A stretch of DNA of 38,327 nucleotides, taken from NCBI GenBank assembly GCA_033721955.1, contig JAWVZY010000001.1, positions 1 to 38,327 on the forward strand. Direction: 5' to 3'. The translations under genes and the position numbers were made by a program. The notes beneath the pieces are model-generated. The model searched no databases. It saw only the letters and a program-made list of their open reading frames with translations, and was not told where the DNA came from. Positions 1-7,304 of this stretch are shown here, in pieces (the stretch's first letter is position 1; the number at the start of each line of letters is the position of its first letter). The stretch is from Candidatus Spechtbacterales bacterium (GTDB taxonomy: Bacteria > Patescibacteriota > Minisyncoccia > Spechtbacterales > 2-12-FULL-38-22).

Positions 1-2
1 AG

Positions 3-1349
3 ATGCTTGAGTTCCCAGGCGATACTTACGGCCTGGCACTTAACTTAGAAGAAGATACGGTTGGTACAATTATCATTGGCGATTTTAAACATATTAAAGA
101 GGGCGATACAGTAAAGCGCACAGGAAAGGTTTTATCTATTCCTGTGGGTTCTGAAATGGTGGGGCGTATAATTGACCCGCTCGGCCAGCCAACAGACGGA
201 AAGGGATCTATAAATACAACAGATGAATATTTGGTTGAAAAAATAGCTCCCGGAGTGATGGACAGGGAGCCCGTAGATACTCCGGTGCAAACCGGCCTTA
301 AAGCCGTGGACTCAATGATACCTATCGGCCGGGGGCAGCGCGAGCTTATAATTGGCGACCGCCAAACAGGCAAAACAACAATTGCAATAGATACTATCTT
401 AAACCAAAAAGATCAGGATATGATTTGTGTTTATGTAGCCGTGGGACAGAAGAAATCTAAAATAGCTCGGCTTGTAAATACCCTGGAGCAAAACGGTGCC
501 ATGGATTACACTATTGTGGTTGCAGCGGGTGCCTCAGACGGCCCGGCATTTTCCTATCTTGCGCCTTATTCGGGTGTCGCAGCTGCTGAGTACTTTATGG
601 ATCAGGGTAGGGATGTATTAATTGTATATGATGATCTTTCAAAGCATGCTACTGCTTATCGTGAGATATCACTTTTGCTTCGTCGTCCTCCGGGGCGAGA
701 GGCATATCCGGGAGATGTATTTTATATTCACTCGCGCTTGCTTGAGCGCGCCGCTAAAAGAAATGCAGAGGCGGGAGGAGGTTCTATTACAGCGCTTCCC
801 ATAATTGAAACACAGGCAGGAGATATTTCAGCATACATTCCTACAAACGTAATTTCTATTACAGACGGCCAGATATTTTTAGAGAGCGGTCTTTTTCATA
901 AAGGCATCCGTCCCGCGATTAACGTAGGGCAATCTGTGTCGCGTGTGGGAGGTGCGGCTCAAATTAAATCAATGAAGAAAGTTGCAGGAAAGCTAAAGCT
1001 AAACTTAGCACAGTTCCAGGAGCTTGAGGCTTTTGCCCAATTTGCAAGCGACTTAGATGAAGAGACACAAAAGACGCTGGACAGAGGAAGGCGTATTCGA
1101 GAGCTCTTAAAGCAACCTCCGTATTCACCGGTTCGTGTGGGTGTGCAGGTAGCGATTATTTACGCTGTAAATAACGGATATTTTGATGATGTGGAATTTT
1201 CTGAGATCAAAAAAAGAGAACAGAAACTTACCGAACATATGGAATCAGCTCAGGGTGAGTTGCTTTCAGAAATTGAGCGTGACTGGGATGAGGGGCTGGA
1301 GAAGAAATTAAAGACAGCGATTGAGGATTTTATAAAAACACAATCATAG
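3..1349 (+). CDS. atpA: F1 ATP synthase subunit alpha (5' end outside window)
   Basis: 448-aa ORF. It has Walker A GDRQTGKT and the [27 protein letters not shown] block typical of alpha. It is followed by gamma, beta and epsilon in the canonical order. Confidence 0.97.
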   Translation: MLEFPGDTYGLALNLEEDTVGTIIIGDFKHIKEGDTVKRTGKVLSIPVGSEMVGRIIDPLGQPTDGKGSINTTDEYLVEKIAPGVMDREPVDTPVQTGLKAVDSMIPIGRGQRELIIGDRQTGKTTIAIDTILNQKDQDMICVYVAVGQKKSKIARLVNTLEQNGAMDYTIVVAAGASDGPAFSYLAPYSGVAAAEYFMDQGRDVLIVYDDLSKHATAYREISLLLRRPPGREAYPGDVFYIHSRLLERAAKRNAEAGGGSITALPIIETQAGDISAYIPTNVISITDGQIFLESGLFHKGIRPAINVGQSVSRVGGAAQIKSMKKVAGKLKLNLAQFQELEAFAQFASDLDEETQKTLDRGRRIRELLKQPPYSPVRVGVQVAIIYAVNNGYFDDVEFSEIKKREQKLTEHMESAQGELLSEIERDWDEGLEKKLKTAIEDFIKTQS

Positions 1350-1503
1350 CAAACAGGTCAGGACTTTACTTTTCAAGTACCGGCGGTTATTTTGCTCCAG
1401 CGGCAAAATCCCGCCTGCGCTCTCGGCGGTTTTGCCCGCGTCGCGGGACCAAGCCAAAACACGCCTGCGAGAGCTACTTAAAAGCAAAGTCCTGACCTGC
1501 TTG
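1349..1503 (+). ncRNA. Unclassified structured intergenic element, copy A (atpA|atpG spacer)
   Basis: Outer helix of about 25 bp (1354-1379 with 1475-1499) encloses several inner helices. Conserved strings are the UCCAGCG hairpin loop (1396-1402), GCUCUC/GAGAGC and GACCAAGC (1447-1454). The same architecture with compensatory changes occurs at 3852-3983. The strand is assumed from co-transcription with the atp genes. Confidence 0.5.
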
Positions 1504-1524
1504 AAAAATTTCCTTACCCAATTT

Positions 1525-2436
1525 ATGGCAAATACAAAAGAAATAAAACAAAAGATCGACTCCGTAGCCAACTTAAAAAAAATAACAAAGGCGATGGAAA
1601 TGGTAGCCAGAAGTAAAATGAAAAAGGCAACAGATGCCGCAGTAGCGACGCGCACTTACGCGGAGCTTGCACTTGAGCTTTTAGTAAACCTATCAACAGA
1701 GGATCATCGTAAAAATCCGTATTTGAGCGAACAGGAAGGCAAAAAGATATTAGTGTTGCATATTGCGTCAAACAAAGGACTTTGCGGTGGCTATAATGTT
1801 TCGCTCCTTCGTGCTTTAAATAAATATTTTGAAAAAAGAAACGAGGAGATAAATTTTGTCACAGTAGGCCGTTATGCCTATCGCCATGCTCTAAAGCTGG
1901 CTGACGGTTCGCTTGAGCGCTTTGATGATTTTTCAGATAATATTGAACCCGAAGAGACAAACGGGCTTGTAGATAAAGTTTTAGAAACTTACAAGTCAGG
2001 CGAGTACAAAGAGACATTTATTGTATATACAAATTTTGTATCAATATTTAGCCAGGAGGTTGTAATTAGAAAATTGCTACCTTTATCTGAAGAAAGCTTG
2101 GAGAGTGCAATAAAAGAGGCAGGTGCTGAGGGCGAGAGAACAGAAGATAAAAAAGACAAGGCAGCGCGCAATAGGGCACTGTATCTCTATGAGCCAAATG
2201 AGGAAGATATATTAGATTTTGTAGTTCCACGACTTATAAAGGTGCAAATTTATCAGGCATTGCTTGAGGCAAACGCGAGCGAGCATTCAGCGCGCATGGT
2301 AGCTATGAAGAGCGCAACGGAGAATGCTGATAAAAGGGGAGAGGAGCTTACCCTCCAGTTTAATAAAGCAAGACAGGAGGGCATTACAAAAGAAATATTA
2401 GAAATTGCCTCGGGTGCTGAGGCATTAAGTCAATAA
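1525..2436 (+). CDS. atpG: F1 ATP synthase subunit gamma
   Basis: The N-terminus MANTKEIKQKIDSVANLKKITKAMEMVARSKMKKA and the C-terminal ITKEILEIASGAEAL are typical of gamma. I place the start at ATG 1525; the ORF-track start at 1432 translates the structured spacer element. Confidence 0.93.
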   Translation: MANTKEIKQKIDSVANLKKITKAMEMVARSKMKKATDAAVATRTYAELALELLVNLSTEDHRKNPYLSEQEGKKILVLHIASNKGLCGGYNVSLLRALNKYFEKRNEEINFVTVGRYAYRHALKLADGSLERFDDFSDNIEPEETNGLVDKVLETYKSGEYKETFIVYTNFVSIFSQEVVIRKLLPLSEESLESAIKEAGAEGERTEDKKDKAARNRALYLYEPNEEDILDFVVPRLIKVQIYQALLEANASEHSARMVAMKSATENADKRGEELTLQFNKARQEGITKEILEIASGAEALSQ

Positions 2437-3828
<1,392 letters not shown>

Positions 3829-3851
3829 TTTTTGTAGTGTTTAATCGTTCC

Positions 3852-3983
3852 GCCAAACCGTTTCTTTAAAGTACCGCGGTCAGATTTTTCCAGCGAAAAT
3901 CTGCCGCTGCGCTCTCAGCGCAAATCTTCCTTCGGAAGACCAAGCATTTGCGCTTCCGAGAGCTACTTTAAACAAAGTTTGGC
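3852..3983 (+). ncRNA. Unclassified structured intergenic element, copy B (atpD|atpC spacer)
   Basis: Outer helix 3852-3873 with 3964-3983. Hairpin cagatttt / UCCAGCG loop (3889-3895) / aaaatctg. Further pairs are gctctc (3911-3916) with gagagc (3958-3963), agcgcaaat (3917-3925) with atttgcgct (3946-3954), and hairpin cttcc/ggaag. GACCAAGC lies at 3938-3945. Confidence 0.5.
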
Positions 3984-3990
3984 TCCGCTT

Positions 3991-4257
3991 ATGAATTTAT
4001 TAAATATTAAAATTATTACCCCGGCTGGGGTAGAATATGAAGGCAAAGTTGAACGTGCGACCATTCCAACAGCTGATGGCCAAATTACGGTGCTTGCAAA
4101 TCATACGCCCCTTGTATCTTTGCTTAGCGAGGGAGAGATAATTTTGAAGGGAGGAGATACGGATGAGGTGAAGTACAAGACGAAGGCGGGGTTTTTGGAG
4201 GTGCGACATGATAGCGAAGCGATACTCCTACCCGATTATATAGAAAAATCAAACTAA
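3991..4257 (+). CDS. atpC: F1 ATP synthase subunit epsilon, short form (88 aa)
   Basis: MNLLNIKIITPAGVEYEGKVERATIPTADGQITVLANHTPLVSLL matches the epsilon N-terminal beta-sandwich, and the gene sits after atpD. I place the start at ATG 3991 rather than TTG 3979, which lies inside the spacer element. Confidence 0.8.
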   Translation: MNLLNIKIITPAGVEYEGKVERATIPTADGQITVLANHTPLVSLLSEGEIILKGGDTDEVKYKTKAGFLEVRHDSEAILLPDYIEKSN

Positions 4258-4282
4258 AATACCCGGCGTAAGCCGGGTATTA
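4258..4282. terminator. Bidirectional intrinsic terminator between convergent atpC and tsaD
   Basis: Hairpin aatacccggc-gtaa-gccgggtatt flanked by A/T-rich runs on both sides. Confidence 0.7.
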
Positions 4283-4304
4283 ATATATATATTAAAATAT
4301 ATAT

Positions 4305-5450
4305 TTATTCTGTAATAAGTTTTGTGCTGTCTGCCTCAAGCGTGCGCCAATCGCTGTCCTCTCCCGCGTTGTGGCGCAGATAGCCGGCTATAGCTATCAT
4401 AACTCCGTTATCTGTAGCTAGCGTTATTTCAGGCACTATGAACCGGGCTTCGGGCAGTTCTTCTTTAAGTTTTGCCTCCATTTGTTCTCTCAGGGCTGTG
4501 TTTGCGGCAACTCCGCCCGCTAACATAAATGTTTTTATATCATTATCTTTAGCCGCTTTTATGCTTTTTATAACAAGCGTGTCTACAACTGCCTGCTGAA
4601 ATGATGCGGCAAGATCTACCTTTTTATCTTCAAGTTCTTTTTTAGATAATTTCTGTACTGTATATAAAACTGCAGTTTTTAGGCCCGAGAAGCTAAAATT
4701 ATAATTTGGTTTTTTGAGCATAGGGCGGGGAAAATCAAAAGCATTTGCATTACCTTTTTTTGCCAACTTTTCAATTGCGGGACCTCCGGGAAAGCCAAGG
4801 CCAAGCATGCGCGCCACCTTATCAAATGCCTCACCCGCCGCATCATCAAGCGTCTCACCCAAAAGCTCATAGTCCATCCAGTTTTTAACCAGTATAAGCT
4901 GTGTATGCCCTCCGCTTACAGCTAAGGCAAGTGCTGGAAATTCTACTTTTTCAGCGCTAAGTAAATTTACAGCAATGTGTCCTTCCATATGATCTACTCC
5001 CACCAGAGGAATGTTCCAAAGAACCGCAAGGGCGCGGGCGAAATTAACCCCCACCCAAAGTGCGGGCTCAAGCCCCGGGCCATGTGTTACCGTTATTAAA
5101 TCAATATCAGGTTTTTCTAAGGGCACTACTTTTCCCTTGAATTCTTCAAGAAGCTTAGGATAGCGTTCAAGTATTTTTTCTATATCTTTTAATTTATCCT
5201 TTGAAGTTTTATTTTGTTTTTTCTCCGTTGTCTCTTCAAGAATTTGATAAAGTACAGGTATCAAATTTTTAGCGTGTTCTCTTTTAGCTAGACCAGGCAC
5301 TACTCCGCCAAATTCAGCATGTGCTTCAAGTTGACTTGATATAATATTTTGAAGCATTTTGAAAGAAGGCACCTTTGAGGTGCCTTCTTCTGCTTCTAAT
5401 AAAGCGAGAGCGGTATCATCGCACGATGTTTCAATACCTAAAATTTTCAT
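4305..5450 (-). CDS. tsaD: tRNA N6-adenosine threonylcarbamoyltransferase TsaD (Kae1/Gcp family)
   Basis: N-terminus MKILGIETSCDDTALALL, plus VDHMEGH and GGVAAN motifs typical of TsaD. At 381 aa it carries a lysine-rich insertion of about 40 aa. Confidence 0.93.
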   Translation of the reverse strand: MKILGIETSCDDTALALLEAEEGTSKVPSFKMLQNIISSQLEAHAEFGGVVPGLAKREHAKNLIPVLYQILEETTEKKQNKTSKDKLKDIEKILERYPKLLEEFKGKVVPLEKPDIDLITVTHGPGLEPALWVGVNFARALAVLWNIPLVGVDHMEGHIAVNLLSAEKVEFPALALAVSGGHTQLILVKNWMDYELLGETLDDAAGEAFDKVARMLGLGFPGGPAIEKLAKKGNANAFDFPRPMLKKPNYNFSFSGLKTAVLYTVQKLSKKELEDKKVDLAASFQQAVVDTLVIKSIKAAKDNDIKTFMLAGGVAANTALREQMEAKLKEELPEARFIVPEITLATDNGVMIAIAGYLRHNAGEDSDWRTLEADSTKLITE

Positions 5451-5527
5451 GGCGGTCCCAACGGGATTCGAACCCGTGTTACCAGGATGAAAACCTGGCG
5501 TCCTAGGCCGGACTAGACGATGGGACC
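5450..5527 (-). tRNA. tRNA-Glu (anticodon UUC), CCA encoded
   Basis: Minus-strand cloverleaf: GGTCCCA TC GTC TAGTCCGGCCTAG GAC G CCAGG TTTTCAT CCTGG TAAC ACGGG TTCGAAT CCCGT TGGGACC G CCA. The architecture resembles E. coli tRNA-Glu. Confidence 0.9.
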
Positions 5528-5541
5528 AAGCAATAACCTTT

Positions 5542-5569
5542 ATTTTACCAAGAAATTGAAAAAAATCAA
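5542..5569 (-). promoter_or_regulatory. Putative sigma70-type promoter for tRNA-Glu/tsaD
   Basis: On the minus strand, TTGATT, 16 nt, then TGgTAAAAT (extended -10). The -10 ends 14 nt upstream of the tRNA 5' end. Confidence 0.4.
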
Positions 5570-5570
5570 G

Positions 5571-5600
5571 TTGACGGGGATTTAGCTCATAATTTATGAT
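5571..5600 (+). promoter_or_regulatory. Putative sigma70-type promoter for the AAA+ gene
   Basis: TTGACG (5571-5576), 18 nt, TATGAT (5595-5600). It is followed by SD aaaggaggtg and ATG 5642. Confidence 0.45.
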
Positions 5601-5641
5601 AACTCTAACGCTAAGTACATTAAAAAGAAAGGAGGTGAACT

Positions 5642-7108
5642 ATGTCAGGCGAAGAACTTATTTTTGCAGACAGTGAACCTGAGCCTCGGGAATTTACTAA
5701 AACTGTCCCCAAAGATCTTTCTCCTTTTTGGAGGAACATGAGCCAGAAGGTAAGCAGGGCTGTAGTGGGCCAGGAAAGAGCAGTTCGCAAAACCATTAGA
5801 AATTTAAGTATTCTTGAATCTCCCGCCCGCAATAACAGGAGAGCGGTACCCGCACTTTTGTTTGTAGGCCCCTCTGCCAGCGGTAAAACGCTTTTGGCCG
5901 AAGTTATCGCCCGTGAGTGGTTGGGTATTGCCGAAAATGAAAATGATGAGCAGGCAACAAGCCCGCTCGTTGTAATAGATGGCGAAAATTACAGTCAAAG
6001 GCATGAAGGATCTACGCTTAAAGGCGCTCCGCCCGGTTATGTAGGTCAGGATACTCCTTCACCATTTGAGGAAATAGGAAAGTTTGATAGAGAAAATCGT
6101 GAAAAAGCTTTTTTTGACGCCCTAGCTATATTTTGGAAAAAATATGAAGATCATCTTTTGGAGTCCGATAGATTATCACATCTTATGGACGATTATTTTG
6201 AAACTAAGCTAGAGTCCTATTTGGATAGTTTTAGGCCATTTCGTTCAGTTCTTTTGATAGATGAATGGGAAAAGATGCACCCCGTTGTACAAAAGCAATT
6301 TCTAAAAATACTGGATAAAGGCACATTCCAGACACATCATGGCAAGAAGATCAATTTCCGAAGAACTCTTATAATCCTGACAAGCAATATAGGCACAGAG
6401 AAGATTGCTAAAATACTCGACAACAATACAGTTGGTTTTGACCTTAGTCCCTCGACGGACGAAATTTCAAAACAAGAGATAAGCCAGGATATATACAGAG
6501 AAGTAGAAAAAGAAGTTCGCAGGAAACTTGATCCGGCGCTATATAGCAGGATAGGTCATGACGGCATAGTGGTATTCAATCGCCTGACAAAAGAAGATTA
6601 TGAAAAGATAGTCAATAGAGAAATTGAATATCTGCAGGAGAGATTCTTTCCGGATCAAAGTAATGCTGAAGTTATATTCATATATACAACAAAGGAATTT
6701 CGCGACATGATATTAGATAAATCTGATGTTGAGCGCGAGGGTGCTCGTCAGATTAACCGTCTTATATCTAAATATATGGAAAATCCTCTTGCAAATGCCT
6801 TTGACGGAGGTTACATCCTAAGCGGTGATCAGGTATTATTTGACGCTGTAGATGGAGAGGCCGTTATGCGCCGCAAGCCCAGATCAGCTAATTTCAAGAT
6901 ATTGCCCGCAGAAATTATAGATAGGGATAACAGTTCCGCTGCCCCCCGTAGCGAAGATAAAACAACTCAGGAATTTTTAGAAGAATTCGAGCACTATATG
7001 GAGCAAGCCCTTAAAGCCCTTCTTGAGAGGGATTCACACCCTCGCCCTCCTAAACATTTAAAAGATGATGATCCGCCCGATAGCGATGATCCACCTGAAG
7101 AAAGCTAA
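5642..7108 (+). CDS. Stand-alone AAA+ ATPase related to the second (D2) module of ClpA/ClpB/ClpC
   Basis: Walker A GPSASGKT and a D2-type pore-loop block LKGAPPGYVGQD. Walker B LLIDEWEKMHP, then NFRRTLIILTSNIG and a sensor-2-like EREGARQINR. It has no Clp_N, D1 or M-domain. An insertion of about 60 aa sits between GYVG and Walker B, and the C-terminal tail is Pro/Asp-rich. Confidence 0.75.
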   Translation: MSGEELIFADSEPEPREFTKTVPKDLSPFWRNMSQKVSRAVVGQERAVRKTIRNLSILESPARNNRRAVPALLFVGPSASGKTLLAEVIAREWLGIAENENDEQATSPLVVIDGENYSQRHEGSTLKGAPPGYVGQDTPSPFEEIGKFDRENREKAFFDALAIFWKKYEDHLLESDRLSHLMDDYFETKLESYLDSFRPFRSVLLIDEWEKMHPVVQKQFLKILDKGTFQTHHGKKINFRRTLIILTSNIGTEKIAKILDNNTVGFDLSPSTDEISKQEISQDIYREVEKEVRRKLDPALYSRIGHDGIVVFNRLTKEDYEKIVNREIEYLQERFFPDQSNAEVIFIYTTKEFRDMILDKSDVEREGARQINRLISKYMENPLANAFDGGYILSGDQVLFDAVDGEAVMRRKPRSANFKILPAEIIDRDNSSAAPRSEDKTTQEFLEEFEHYMEQALKALLERDSHPRPPKHLKDDDPPDSDDPPEES

Positions 7109-7130
7109 AAAATAGTTTATTTTTCAATGC

Positions 7131-7161
7131 TCCGCCCAAAAGCGGAGCTTTTATTTTTTGC
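7131..7161 (+). terminator. Intrinsic terminator after the AAA+ gene
   Basis: gctccgc-ccaaaa-gcggagc followed by ttttatttttt. Confidence 0.75.
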
Positions 7162-7205
7162 ATAAAGTATGCTCAATAACACCACAAATTATTTTTTTTA
7201 CAAGA

Positions 7206-7234
7206 TTGACCATATGCCTCTCTTCTTTTATCAT
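7206..7234 (+). promoter_or_regulatory. Putative sigma70-type promoter for prkA
   Basis: TTGACC (7206-7211), 17 nt, TATCAT (7229-7234). Confidence 0.5.
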
Positions 7235-7304
7235 ACTCGTATAACAAGCCCTTTAAAAACTTAATAAGGGTTGAGTCGATAATTCAAAGGAAGGAGGATA
7301 TATC

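Noticed and set aside
1354-1365. caggtcagg in copy A resembles a stretch of SRP (4.5S) RNA
   Set aside because: Similarity stops after 9 nt. It is absent from copy B, and no SRP domain IV motifs are present.
1432-1524. N-terminal extension of the atpG ORF (MPASRDQAKTRLRELLKSKVLTCLKNFLTQF)
   Set aside because: It is a translation of the GC-rich structured spacer element. The canonical gamma N-terminus starts at ATG 1525.
3979-3990. TTG start extending atpC by four codons
   Set aside because: It lies inside the 3' arm of the spacer element. ATG 3991 gives the usual epsilon N-terminus.
4281-4307. AT-only palindromic run (taatatatatattaaaatatatattta)
   Set aside because: This is low-complexity sequence in the convergent spacer next to the real terminator hairpin. 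No repeat partner occurs elsewhere in the window.
5521-5530. GACCAAGC next to tRNA-Glu, matching the conserved string of the atp spacer element
   Set aside because: This is an isolated 8-mer that overlaps the tRNA acceptor stem. None of the other helices or motifs of the element are present, so it is coincidence.
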